This document shows, piece by piece, positions 12,831 through 25,740 of a stretch of 64,000 nucleotides of DNA. The DNA is from Octopus vulgaris. Taxonomy: Eukaryota. The DNA is taken from positions 99,200,001-99,264,000 of the forward strand of contig OX597824.1 of the NCBI GenBank assembly GCA_951406725.2. Direction: 5' to 3'. The notes under the pieces were generated by a model that saw only the letters and a list, made by a program, of their open reading frames with translations, had not been told where the DNA came from and searched no databases. The translations under genes were made by a program, and so were the position numbers. Every line of letters begins with the position of its first letter. Position 1 is the first letter of the stretch.

Positions 12831-14469
12831 CTAGTTGTAAGTAGGTTCCACTGTATGGTACAGTCTATCTGGTTGCACAGGGGTACCATTGCAACAGTAT
12901 TGTTGAATTGATGACTGATTGGTTTTAGAGATCAAGTTCAATTCTTTCATTAAAATACTAAGTCCAGTTGTTTCACCTGTTGCTCAGGTCATCCTCCTAT
13001 CCAAATATACTTTCATCTCTCATCTCCAGAAACTGGATGTAAATATTAGGCTTTGGGATTATTGTGCTCTAAAAACATGATGTTCTGATAATGCATTAAT
13101 TAGTATAATTAATTTCATGTAAAAGCTAATTAATAGTTTATAACTTATTTCATAATCATTTATAGCTCCATGTTCTAATTACTTTGTCCTAATTGTTGTG
13201 TCTCAGTTGTTGAACACATTAATTGCTCTGTCCTAATTATTCTCTCCTAATTGCTATGTCCTAACAAATCAATGTCACATTCTAATTGCCTAATGTCCTA
13301 ATTATTCTTTAATATTATACTTTATATAAAACAATTACTAGGTTTCTGGCTATTTTTTGTCCTAATTCCGACATAACATATTTCTCCTGAAAATGACTGT
13401 ACTCAACTTTGCTTCTATTCTAATCACATCATAAACAATTATTTCTTGAAAAAATCTTCTGATGGTTTCCTTTCAAACTTTTTGTGTCATTTCTTTTTGC
13501 TGATGTCTGTGGTGTCTATGTTCACTTTAACTTAAAACTAGGCTCATGAAAAGCAATCTCTCTGAACAGATAATTCACAAATTAATACCCCATTATTATT
13601 ATTATTATTATTGTTGTTGTTGTTATTATCATCACTACTAATACATCTTTTTTAATTATCATTGTTGTTGTTGTTGCTTTAAATTCTTTGTCTTCATTTG
13701 CCTGAACTACAGAAAAAAGTTCACTGAGGGAATCAAAATAAAAAAGCATAAAAGTTTATTTCATTAATTTTTATTTAATGAAAACAAGGCCAAAAAGAAA
13801 AGTTGTAACAAAAAACTTATGAAAAAAGGGAAAAAAAAGTACAATTAAGTGGATTTGTTTTTAATCTGCTCAGATTGGTTAACATAGATTACTGGGGGAA
13901 CAGTGTAACGATGAATATTAATTTACAATGTTATGGGTTCCTTTCATACAGCAGCAAGCTGTTAACAATAAGTTGTAGGGAGAAGAAAGAAGAAAACATT
14001 GTTGGAACTGTGTTGTGTGTGAGAGTTTGGGTTTGAAGAGAAAATTGTAAAAAAATGAGATGAAAGGAAAAGAAGTTAAAGAGACGCATGAAATAAGATT
14101 TAAGAGTGCATGATTCTAGCACAAGTCTGTTGGCACATGTTACCAGTGAAAAAAGGAAGCAGATAGGTGTGGGCGGAGATTGGGAATTTTAGTAGATGAA
14201 TATGGTGCCATATTTTTGGAAGTTTTTCTGGGTTTCATTATCTAGCAGTTTTTCTCACTATCTTCTTTATGTTCTCATTTCTAATGTGTGCATATGTCGG
14301 TGATTCTTAGTCGGTTCCTGCAAATCTTATGCTTTCCCCTTCCTCACTAAATCACACTTAGCAATGAAATTAGCTGGTGGGGGCCACATTCATTAGCTGG
14401 TGGGAGGCAAGGTCCACATTCATTTCATGTCAAAGAAATCAGAATTAGAAACAAAAATCTGAAAATATC

Positions 14470-14514
<45 letters not shown>

Positions 14515-14593
14515 CTGTGTCAAGTTTGACTGAAACAATTTTTACATTAAACTGAAGGATTACTCAATACTTTTTTTTGTAGAGTATAAATTT

Positions 14594-14731
14594 ATTATTC
14601 TTTAACAAGAATAGTACTGACAGTGACTTTGAAGTTTCAGCCTGTTTAGCCTTCATCAGAAAAGTCAAATGAAGGCTGTGCAGGCCAAAACTTTGTGCTC
14701 ATTGTCAATGCTATTCTTGTGAAAGAATAAT
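14594..14731. repeat. ~137-bp imperfect palindrome formed by two inverted hammerhead-like/pLTR ends
   Basis: Left arm reverse complement tctgatgaaggctaaacaggctgaaacttcaaagtcactgtcagtactattcttgttaaagaataa aligns to right arm atgaaggctgtgcaggccaaaactttgtgctcattgtcaatgctattcttgtgaaagaataa. Confidence 0.8.
14618..14668 (-). ncRNA. Minimal type I hammerhead ribozyme-like motif
   Basis: CTGATGA-a-ggc-taaacag-gct-GAAAC-ttcaaa-GTC; stem I only partly paired (tgac/gtca). Confidence 0.6.
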
Positions 14732-14751
14732 GTGTGTGTGTGTGTGCGTAT

Positions 14752-15832
14752 CATCCATCATCATCGTCTAACATCCGTTTTCCATGCTGACATGGGTTGG
14801 ATGGTTTGACATGTAACTGGTCAGCCAAGGAGTTGTCTGGATTCCAATTGTCTGTTGTGGCATGGTTTTCTACAGCTGGATGCCCTTCCTAACGCCAACC
14901 ACTTATCAGAGTGTGCTGGGTGCTTTTCACGTGCAGCACTGGCACGAGTGCCTTTTATGTGGCACCAGCACCTGAAACGACAAGCCTCTGTGTGTGGAAG
15001 ACAGCGATTTTACCTGGCTTGATGTGTCTTATCCAGGTACAGCAAATCACCACATCTCCCGGTCCCTTGTCATTTCCTCAGTGAGATCCAGTATCCTAAG
15101 ATCCTTTGTCACCACTTTGTCCCATGTCTTTTTGGGTCTCCCCCTCACACAGGTTCCCTCCACAATTAGAGCTTGGCACTTCTTTTATGCAGCTCTCCTC
15201 ATCCATACACATCACCTGACCAAACCAAAGCTGTCTTCCTTCTCTCTGATGTCCCTTATTCCCAGTTTTCCTCTTAAATCATTTACACTGTGCCATGCCT
15301 GCACACTGACATCACCCATCCAGCAGAGCATGAGAACAGCTTCATTTCTTTCAAGCCTTCACAACTCCTCTGTAGTCAAAGACCATGTGTCACAGTTGTA
15401 TGTACACAGGCATCATACAATCTGCCTTTCACTCTGATGGAGAGGCCCTTACTTACTAACAAACGTAGAAGCTCTCTCTCAACTTTGCCCAACCCATTCT
15501 TATTCTAGTAACTACATGTTCAGAACTTCCTCCGCCACTGCTAACTTGGTTTCCTAGGTAACAGAAGCTATCTACCATTTCTAACGATTCCCCTGAACAT
15601 TTAAGGGGGTCTACTGTCTGCGCATTTTTAGTGCTTATTGCATCTGCACATATGCCACACACAAAGGCTATATTCTCCGTTAGCCTTCCTTTGATACTGC
15701 TACACCTCTTATGTGTCCAAAGCTTTCACTGGGTACAACATATGGAGTTTCTACCAACACCCTTCTTACTTATCAAGCAGGGCCATCTTCCAGAAGGGAC
15801 TTGTGATTTGTCTGTTTTCCTGGAGACTCACA
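14752..15832 (-). mobile_element. RTE-type LINE 3' portion with PHD-like insert
   Basis: Minus strand RWPC..GVGRNSICCTQ*KLWTHKRC..FVCGIC..FCYLGNQ; tail module at 14752-14930. Confidence 0.85.
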
Positions 15833-15996
15833 TACAGGATTTCAAATTCCTTTATCAATGATACACTGATTGTCACACTTCTTCTGCTGTTGTAAGTTCA
15901 GTGCCCATATGATAGTGCTATGTGCAGAAGTGCAGCAGTTTGCATATCGCTAACACAGAAACTTGAAGCCTCGTATATGAGTAACCATAGGGATAT

Positions 15997-16079
<83 letters not shown>

Positions 16080-16149
16080 TACCTATCTATCTATCTATCT
16101 TTTTTCTCTATGCATGTGTGTATAAATGTGATGCCAGTTCTTTGTGTCT

Positions 16150-18290
16150 GAAGATCACAAGGAATTGTGGCAAGCCCTTAGGTGGCTATGTAAACCAATC
16201 CTTTAATGACAGGTTCTGACACACTTGGGGAAAAAATGTAGGCTTTGTTCAGCTCAGCTGAGATAAATCCCAAAAGGTGGAAGGGAGTTGCAGTGCAGAG
16301 GGTGGTGAACCCTCCAGGATCTTCTACTGTTAATTTGAAGCAGTGTGGTAACCATAATTGGCAGCAGTAATCCAATTGAATAAAAACAAATGTTTGCCAC
16401 AGAACTTTTGTTTTGAATGATCTCAGAACTTCACCGACCAATCACCTCTACATTGTTGCCATCTTGATGCTCAGTGGAATGAGGCATCGTTATTCATGGG
16501 AATTCACTGACCACACACTGGATGTCACTTCACAACTGCAATACCTCTTGATCTTGTGTATTCTGATTATAATCTGTTTGTAAGATGATAACTGAAGGCT
16601 TGAAACTTCTCAGCATTGAACTAGATATTGTTTTCTTCAGGTCTTTCTCTGTGGATTTGTCTTATCAGGGTCTGTGAGTGCTTGTGATACTTTTGTATCA
16701 TTAGTGTAGCTGGTGAAAGTGGCTGACCATTTGATTAAGGGTGTGTTTGAGAGTCATGACAAACAGCAGAGGCTCCAGTACGGCTTCCACGAGAGAACTC
16801 CCTCATGGACACCACTTATGACTGATGTCTTCTTGGAGAGACCATCGTTAACTGCAACTGCCTGATGCATACTTTTTTAAAAAGTTACACAGTTACTCTC
16901 CTAATTTCCCAACTAAGCCAAGGCCATGCAGTTCGTAACGTATCATTCCGTAATCAAATTTAATGAAGGCCTTCAAAAAGTCAAGCTATTTCACATCCTC
17001 ATTTAGATAATTTAGTTTTTTTTTCAAAACCCAGCCATAATGTTGTTGTAGCTGTGTAAGGCAGTGCCTTCCATAATGGAAGCCACAATCAAGTCGTTTT
17101 CTTCGAAGAGCATCACCCTCTTTCTTCTGACAATGCCTTTCCAGATTTCCCTGATGTCAGAAAGCAAAGCCTGTAATTTTTAACATCTCTTCTGCTCCCA
17201 TCTTTCTAGATACACCTTTTCTCTTTCAGGGAGTTTCTCACATGTAGGGAAGCTCTGGAAGGGTGAGTGCAGAGGTTTTGAAAAGAGCTTTCTTGCATGT
17301 TTTTAAAAGAATATTTGGAAAACTATCGGAGCTTATTGTTGGGTTTCAGTTCATCTCAACAATGTCTGTTATTGAAGCCTGTTTTATGTCAATGTAATGG
17401 TGGTTATCTCTCTTCCCTGTAGGGAGCTCATCAGGCTTATTATTTGCATTTCTCCAACTGAAAACACTTTAGAATTGTTTATTTAGTATTTTACATATCA
17501 TTTTATGGGGGTCTGTAGTCAAGGGGCTATCTTCTTCGAACAGTGTCCCTATCCTGTAATCCATCAAAACAGATTCTTTTGTAAATTTGAACAAGGGCTT
17601 CGGTTTTAACTGGCATTTCCAATTGCACTGGTTTCTTTTCCTTCCTTTCCATGGAATTGTCTGAGCTTGTTTTCTATATCTAAAACTCCGAGCTGTCATT
17701 AAGCTGATTTGAAATTATTCTTTGTCTCATAGGGACTCTCCTGAATCAAGGAAAGGTGTTTTGACTCTTCTTTCGGGATCAAATTTAATGCAGATGGCTT
17801 GAATTATGAACATTAATTCTTTAAGTTTCATACCATTCTCTTGCATAGAGAGACTTCTTTTGGGGCAATTTTGTTTCAGAGCCTTTTCTTGAACTGGTTT
17901 GCAAAGGGCTTGTTACTTCCTGTGTGCTGTGTATTTTTGATCTGCTTCCATTGGTTCTACTTTATTATATTCTGAGAGAATCATTGCTGTGACTTTCACT
18001 TCATGGATGATTTCCATGTTATTAATGAAGAAGAGGTCGAGATGTTGCTCTTGGTCAGGTACCATATTTATAGATTCTATGAGTGTCAACTTAATGAGAC
18101 TAGATAGATATTGTCTATGATTTTGTTCCATGTCATAGCATTTCTGAGATGATGTTACCTCTGCACATACAGATGTTGAAGTCAAAGTCCCAACAAAAGT
18201 ACATTGGGCTGATCTAGTTTTGTTAGCAGTACTTTTTGTATCCTAAGGCTCTCCTTAAATTCACCATCATGTTTGAGGCATCAGGTGGAT
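16150..18290 (-). mobile_element. Heavily decayed CR1-type LINE ORF2
   Basis: LDLFF..SEYN (APE end), DF.KAF, SGV..VLEPLLFV, YTNDTK (YADD-like), LDYCCQLWLP. Confidence 0.75.
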
Positions 18291-19406
18291 GTAGTTATAG
18301 AAATGCATACATACATACAAACACATACATACACACATGCACACACACACACATGCACGCGTGTGTGTGTGTGTGTTTTCCTATATATTTACATAACATT
18401 TTTTAATATATTTTTCATATATTAGTGTAAAGTGAGATGGGATGTATATATACATTTATATACCTCACATCTCACTTTTATAAATCCACAGCTGAATGTA
18501 ACTCAATATTTTAAGTTGAATAAATGCATGTGTGTGTGTGTGTGTGTTTGTATGTATGTGCATGGACATTGGCACATTTTCACATGCATACATATATTAG
18601 TATATTTATCTATCACACACACACATATGTGTGTGTATTTGTGCATCTGTGTGTGCATGTGTATGCATATGTGTGTGTGTGTAGTTGTACATGTATGTGT
18701 AGTAATGTGTGTGTGTGTATGTTTAATTTACATTTTTGTTTTATTTACGTTTTTTTTTTTTCCTTTTTATCCAACTGCTGAACAATACTCCATTCCCACC
18801 TGATACTTTATGGCATTCTAATAATTTCATCTCTGTGCTTCCATGACTAATGGACTTTCTTGGAAATATGATGTTTCCTCTGTTAAGGCAAGTTTCAACT
18901 TGTGAAATTCCAAAAACTTCCTTAAAATCTCTTAATGTTGCTATTTGATATTTCTATTTCCTGATAACGGTAATTAGTGTTTATCCTGTAATACTCTTCA
19001 GTTTCCACACCTGATAAATTCTTATCAAAAACATACATTTTTTGTTGTTATTATCTTGACTATTACTTATTTCTTAAGGTAAGAAGGGACAAACCATTGG
19101 CTGTTGTGCATTAATACAGAAGTAATTCTCAATCAAATATGTTAAACCCCAACTTAAGCAGCTGCAAGTAGTTCTCAGAAGGAAATCTATAAACTAGAGC
19201 ACAGTGTATTTTCAAAACTCATAACCCTCAAATACCCCTGGTACAGACAAATAGTTGGTAAAAATTAGTTCAGCAAGGCTAACAGATCAAAGCTTCAAAG
19301 TCATTGTCACCCTGCTTCTTGGAAAAGTATAATAAATATGTTCACTACCGGAAAGTATTGAGTAATTCTTCAGTTTGATGTGAAATTGTTTTTATTATCT
19401 CTCTCT

Positions 19407-19788
19407 AGCACTCCATCGGTTATGACGATGAGGGTTCCGGTTGATCTGAATCAACGGAACAGCCTGCTCGCGAAATTAACGTGTAAGTGGCTGAGCACTC
19501 CACAGACATGTGCACCCTTAACGTAGTTCTCGGGGATATTCAGCGTGACACAGAGAGTGACAAGGCCGGCCCCTTGAAATACAGGTACAACAGAAACAGG
19601 AAGTAAGAGTGAGAGAAAGTTGTGGTGAAAGAGTACAGCAGGGATCACCACCATCCCCTGCCGGAGCCTCGTGGAGCTTTTAGGTGTTTTCGCTCAATAA
19701 ACACTCACAACGCCCAGTCTGGGAATCGAAACCGCGATCTTATGACCGCGAGTCCGCTGCCCTAACCACTGGGCCATTGCGCCTCCAC
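19407..19788 (-). mobile_element. Young full-length tRNA-derived SINE
   Basis: gtggaggcgcaatggcccagtggttag (A box), ggtttcgattccc (B box); many CpGs retained; about 380 bp. Confidence 0.85.
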
Positions 19789-19954
19789 TTTTTATTATAA
19801 CTCAACATAAAAACAAACATTAATATATCTGTGTGCACACACGCACATGCATGTGTGTGCATGCACATGATATGAAGATGAGTGGACAACATATATTGGT
19901 CCCTAGTTTTATACAAATCTATACCCCTTACCTCCTACCATTAACTGACATTTT

Positions 19955-20130
19955 TGGGGGTGGAGCCAGTTGGTTAAATCAACTCCAGTACACAACTGGT
20001 ACATATTTTATCAACCCCGAAAGGCAAAGTCAACCTTGGCAGAATTTGAACTCAGAGCATAAAGACAGATGAAATACTGCTAAGCATTTCATTCGGCCCT
20101 GCTAATGTTTCTGCCAGCTCCCCCTGCCTT
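19955..20130 (-). mobile_element. SINE with conserved Nin/Deu-like domain (also ~39505-39670 +, ~51255-51383 -)
   Basis: actggtacNtattttatcNaccccgaaagg..aaagtcaacct.ggcagaatttgaactcag recurs three times; domain name is from memory. Confidence 0.65.
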
Positions 20131-20134
20131 CCTA

Positions 20135-20850
20135 GATGCAGATACTGTGACACATTTGATGAAACAATAGACCAATGAATATAAAAATGAATACAAAAAT
20201 CGCCATGATAGCGTATGATAGTATTTACATTGGAAAATATGTAAACACTACATAATCAGCACTCCTGCTTACTGGTATGAACATCATCCTGGGCCAATCA
20301 TTGAAGGTAGAAATGTCACTATCCTCTGGGATTTTCCAGTTAACACCGACAGAATGATCCAGGTTAATCGACTAGACATAATTATTAAAGATAGGGAAGA
20401 AAATATTTATACGCTAATAGATGTAAGTGTTCCACTGATAAAAATATGTAAAGGAATTTGACAAATTAAGTAAATATAAGGACCTGGAAATTGAAATACA
20501 AAAGATGTGGCATCTTAAAGCAAGAACTGTTCCTGTTATTGTGGGTACCATAGGTATGATAAAAAATGGGATGTCAGAAACATCTAGATAAGATCCCAAG
20601 AGAGCCATATCTCAGAGAAATCCAAAAGATTGTGTTAGCAAGTATTGCCCACATCCTTAGAAAAACCCTATCCACTTGAATGTCTGTGTTGTATTACATG
20701 AAAATATTTGGCTACTGTTCCTGCCACTTGCCCTCCACAGGCTTTCAGTCATGCTGTAACATCTCTTATCCTTCACTTGCCTTAAGATGCTGGGTGTGTC
20801 TCAGCAAGTGATTGTAGCAAATATGCAGATTAAAAGTAAATAATAATAAT
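20135..20850 (+). mobile_element. R4/Dong-like RLE non-LTR element, 3' remnant
   Basis: CRYCDTFDETID, RHDSV, ILWDFPV.TD..NRLDIII, KLSKYKDLEIEIQKMW..VPVIVGTIG; ends in (TAA)n. Confidence 0.85.
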
Positions 20851-20884
20851 AATAATAGTAGTAGTAGTAGTAGTAGTAGTAGTC

Positions 20885-21296
20885 AGAGATCACCAGGAAA
20901 AAAGATGCCTTCTAATCAATGTATCAATAGCAATAGATGACAATGTTTCTCTAAAAGAAACAGAGAAATTTTCAAAATACAAAGACCTGGAAATAGAGGT
21001 AACTCGAATGTGGAGCCTAAAAACAGAAACAATTCCTATCATAGTAGGTGCATTAAGTATAATAAGAAAAATATTCAGACAAATATGTAACCAAGACACC
21101 AGGACTTACAAGTATATATAACATGCAGAAAATAGCACAACTAGGCACTGCACACATCCTACATAAAACACTTTCACTACATTGAAAATAAGAGCACCAC
21201 AACAAACCACAGAACATACCCAAGGCACACACAAATGTGCTCAATAGTGCAGTGAAAGCACATGATAAAAATAAGACTACCAAATAATAATAATAA
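20885..21296 (+). mobile_element. Second R4/Dong-like 3' remnant in tandem
   Basis: CLLINVSI..EKFSKYKDLEIEVTRMW..IPIIVGAL..LGTAHILHKTL; preceded by (TAA)(TAG)n and ends in (TAA)n. Confidence 0.85.
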
Positions 21297-22467
21297 AAGG
21301 TTTTCTTACTGTTTATTTATTCAAAACAAAATTTATTTAGAATGCTTTTCATTTGTTCACCTCAAGGGCACCACATGAAAAACATTACAAAACTGTCATA
21401 AAAAAATTAACTTGTTAGTACATATTTTTAGCTTTCAGTTTTGTTTCTTTATAAGTTTTTAAAATTTATCTAAAGATCAAATCAATAACCTGTTGAAATT
21501 TTCGCTTTTTATAGGGTGGGGGTGAGAAAAAACCACCTCGTTTTCTTCTGTTTTAATTATTTCCGTTCTCCTAAAGCACTTCCTTCAACATACAGGAACT
21601 CAGGTCTTTTTGGTGTTCTTCAAACATTGAGTAAACACTTATCAAATACTTGATCTCTGCTGTTCTAATGTGTAGTGACTAATTTCCCACACTTAGTTAA
21701 TGGAGAAAGTGGTTTTCTTTTAACTGTTTCTATTTCACCTCTTTATAAATGTTGTTATGAGTGACCAAGGATATGACGAAGATTGTTTGCTAGTTTCACA
21801 CTCAACAACAAAACCAACAACAAACTATTATCAGTAAATATTTTACAGATGGAACTAATGGGAAAATAATATTTTATCTTGACTATTTGATATTTTCTTG
21901 GAAATTTTAGAAAAGAAAGGAGAGCAGTAATGTTTTGCATTCTCTTTGTCTTTTATTATTTTTGTAATTATTTACTCCAAGAATATACATTTTTCAGTCA
22001 TGGAGGTCACTTTAGGATGCAGTTGTGACCAGCATCCAACTGCAACACCTTCAGCAGTAGCAAACTAGTAGTTGCAGCTAAATCTTTTTCACACTCTAAA
22101 TCTTATAAAAGAACACATTGAATAATGTAGTCCTAGATATACTGTGTCTGAATAAAAGATAGATCAAATCTGTAATATTAATATTAATGGTAGGCTTGAT
22201 GTATCAGATGTGAGTTGGGTTCAAACATAGCTGTAGGGTTACATCACAATTCTAGGTTTAGCCTGATTGTATGGCTGCCCTTCCAACCATTAGCATTTGA
22301 GGACCTGAAGAAGCTTGCAAGCTCTGCCCTTCCTCTTCTAATTTAGCTAATGAAGTACAAAATAATTTTTAAAAAAGCAATAATCTCATGTCATTAGTTA
22401 CTGTGGTTTCATCTGTACAATATTGTGCACTGGTGGAGGTGTAGTATATCACTAACCTTATGTAACC

Positions 22468-22795
22468 TCACCCGTGCTGGTGGCATGTAAAAAGCACCAT
22501 CCGAGTGTGGCTGATGCCAGCGCCGCCTTGACTGGCTTCCATGCCGGTGGCATGTAAAAAGAACCAACCAATTGTAGCCGTTGCCAGCCTCCCCTGGCCC
22601 CTGTGCCAGTGGCATGTAAAAAGCACCCACTACACTCATGGAGTGGTTGGCGTTAGGAACGGCATCCAGCTGTAGAAACACTGCCAGATCAGGCTGGAGC
22701 CTGGTGCAACCTCCTGGCTTCCCAGACCCTGGTCAAACCGTCCAACCCATGCTAGCATGCAAAACGGTTGTTAAACGATGATGATGATGATGATG
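22468..22795 (+). mobile_element. RTE 3' UTR/tail fragment
   Basis: Three ggtggcatgtaaaaag units plus terminal module and (GAT)n. Confidence 0.85.
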
Positions 22796-23000
22796 TTGTT
22801 GTTGTTGTTGTTGTACGTGTACAGTAGTGTACACCTTTAGGAGTAGAGTATGTGTTGAATACTGTAATCTTACCATTATTAATTAGTGCTGTTACAACAG
22901 TGTAGAATTGTTTCCAAATAGAGACATAGCATGTGACCAATACTGTCAGGGCTAAGTGCAGAGATTTTCAATTAAAGAAACCTTATTCTTTGTATTGCAG

Positions 23001-23130
23001 GTTATCAGTGATGATCTTAAGAATTTATGTATGAAGTTCCTTGCATCCACTGGTTCTCAAAAACAAAAGTGATGGCCGTATATCAAGAGGGATCTGTTCC
23101 TTATTTCTGGTCCAAAGAAACCAAACACTG
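23001..23130 (+). other. Candidate host-gene exon (130 nt; UTR or first coding exon)
   Basis: Acceptor ccttattctttgtattgcag| and donor CTG|gtgagt in non-repeat sequence; all three frames contain a stop; ATG at 23027 opens MYEVPCIHWFSKTKVMAVYQEGSVPYFWSKETKH up to the donor. Confidence 0.5.
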
Positions 23131-25325
23131 GTGAGTTTTTACACTTAAATAACTTCTTATTTCTCTCTCAAACAGTAAACTTGAAAGTAAATGGAATTAT
23201 CATATTCTAAGTCTGACCAAATTTGGATGGACAATGTCCCAGAATTTTGAGACTGATGACATTCATGCTCATGAGATCAAAGAATGCAGACACGACATTG
23301 GTGACTGGAATTCTTGATAGTAATTCTTGTGTGTCAGCCTTATCAGAGGGAACCACCCTGCTAATCAGTGTCACAAGCTTAATTTCTCATTAATACATTG
23401 CCCCATTACTACTTTTAGTGGAATCCATTCTGTTGCAAGCATTTGAAGCAGGTCACTAATGTCTTCATCCTGGTTTTATATAACCTACACTTACCATCAG
23501 CTGAGGATTTCTGACAGGCTGAACTTGCTCTGGTACTCCATTCCATGGTTTTAGTGTACTTCATTCCCTCTGTGATGTAAACTCATCATTTCAAATATCC
23601 ACGTTCAACTTCAAACTGAACAGGTCTATTTTTTTCTTATTTTGCAACATTAAACTGGATTTTCCACTGTTCTTTGGAATGCAAGGAACATTGTTTATTT
23701 CGTGTCTCTCTCCTTAATGTCTTTTCTCATCCATTATTCTCTTGCTCACAAACAGCTTTTTTTTTTTCTCTGCTGGAGATGTTGATTCAATATTACAGTA
23801 CAGGTTTCATACAATCTTAATACAAATTTAAAGCCATAAATGATCCTCCTTGTGTGATATCTCTCTGCATCATAAATGATGTTGAAATATTCAGTAACAA
23901 TATGCAGATTTCCAGTTTTTATAATCGTCTCGTGAAGTTCATACAGTGAGCAATAGAGAAGGCCCAATGGAAGGATCAGAACAAACACTGAAGAAGAATC
24001 AATAATAATATTCTTGTTGTAGGCTGAAACTTCTGATGCCTGTATTTTCTTTATGTATCGCTGTATGAATGTGTGTATCTGGAATGTGCTGCCTTGGTAG
24101 GCAAGTTAGGCAGTGCCTACCTTGAATAAAATAGATTGATAGCAACATTTTCCTTTTATGGCAAAATATGCATCTAATTCAATAAAAGTACTGATTACTA
24201 TACATAAAATGCAAAATATTTTACTTATTTTTTATAGCTTAGGGAGGCATAATTCGCCCCTGATTTTCAATCTCAGTATTTAAGCTATGCATATTACGGC
24301 TGTAGTACACATGCTGTGCACACTCCTACAACACCATTTTCTTTATGTGCTATAAAGGCAGAAGTAAATCTGCCTTCAACTCAGTCGCACACACCTGTGT
24401 TTCGCTTATTTTACGTGTGTTTTATTACATAAAGGTCACCAACTGCCTATCCCGAATAATTACTGACAGCATGTGCCTGGTGTGTATGTATGTAATGCAT
24501 TATGCATATGCATTAATGTTTAATGTATATATGAGTATGCATGCATATATGAATGTAGGTTTTCTTATATGTATGTATATGTATATATGTATTTCTATAT
24601 GTATGTAATGCATGCATGTATGTATGTATATGTATGTATGCATCTTGTCTAGTAAACCTGTCTATCATTTGCAATTCCAATGATAGTCTTAAATATATTT
24701 TCCCTTTCCTCTTGAACACTTTTCTTTTCTAAGTTTCAGTTTTGCTTCTGTTATTAATTATTTAAAATGGAAAGAGATTCTAAACTTTTATTTTAATTGT
24801 AAATAATATTGTTGTTCCAATACAGAAATTTTATTTCATCTCAGCTTTAGGAAACAACATTTTGGTTATGATGTGGACTTCAAGGACAGCCATATTTTTA
24901 CTGATGGCTTAAAAGTAATTTCTCTAAACAAACAGGACAAAGAATATATACACATAAATATTTTAACATTTCATTTGGGCAGAGCAAGACTAATAGCCTG
25001 GTGTAGAACTCAATACATGTATGGTCCAAAACAATGTTATATGAGTAAAGAGTGGTAATAACTTTTTTCTTCCTTGGGATTGACCTTTCCATAGCCTCAT
25101 AAAGCCTGTGTGTTCTGAAAATGTAATTTTCCTAAATAAAGTACATTTCATGTTCAAGGTTCTGATGGAGCTATAAGATGTTATCCTAGAACTCAACTCA
25201 AAGTCTACCGCATCTTAAAGCAGAAACAGCAGTAAGCCAATGATGTTTATTACATAACATTTGACTTTTCCATGTCAAATTTTTGTTTTCTACATACATA
25301 TAGGTGCAGGAGTGGCTGTGTAAAC

Positions 25326-25712
25326 ACAGGAGTGGCTGCATGGTAAGTAGCTTGCTTACCAACCGCATGGTTCCGGGTTCAGTCCCACTGCGTGGCACCT
25401 TGAGCAAGTGTCTTCTACTATAGCCTCGGGCCGACCAAAGCCTTGTGGTTTGATTTGATAGACGGAAACTGAAAGAAGCCCGTTGTCTATATGTATATGT
25501 GTGTGTGTTTGTGTGTCTGTATTTGTCCCCCCAACATTGCTTGACAACAGATGCTGGCATGTTTACGTCCCTGTAACTTAGCAGTTCAGCAAAAGAGACC
25601 AATAGAATAAGTACTAGGCTTACAAAGAATAAGTCCTGAGGTCGATTTACTCGACTATTAGCGGTGATCCAGCATGACCGCAGTCAAATGACTGAAACAA
25701 GTAAAAGAATAA
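25326..25712 (+). mobile_element. Full-length tRNA-derived CORE-like SINE with internal (TG)n; partial copy ~41480-41710
   Basis: A and B boxes, caccttgagcaagtgtcttctactatagcctcggg, tail gactgaaacaagtaaaagaataa; head duplicated at 25302-25321. Confidence 0.85.
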
Positions 25713-25740
25713 GAGAGATGTATTTGTGCATGTGTGTGTG

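Noticed and set aside
18432-18803. Cys/Val/Tyr/His-rich ORFs here and at 32293-32613, 55329, 58544-58979 etc.
   Set aside because: Products of (TG)n, (TA)n and (TATG)n microsatellites
19700-19788. tRNA gene
   Set aside because: tRNA-like SINE head continuing into a repeat body; no acceptor stem or poly-T terminator
23200-24000. Possible PLE or L1 endonuclease remnants
   Set aside because: Only faint motif echoes (GTPFHGF, IVTEYFNI); too decayed to call
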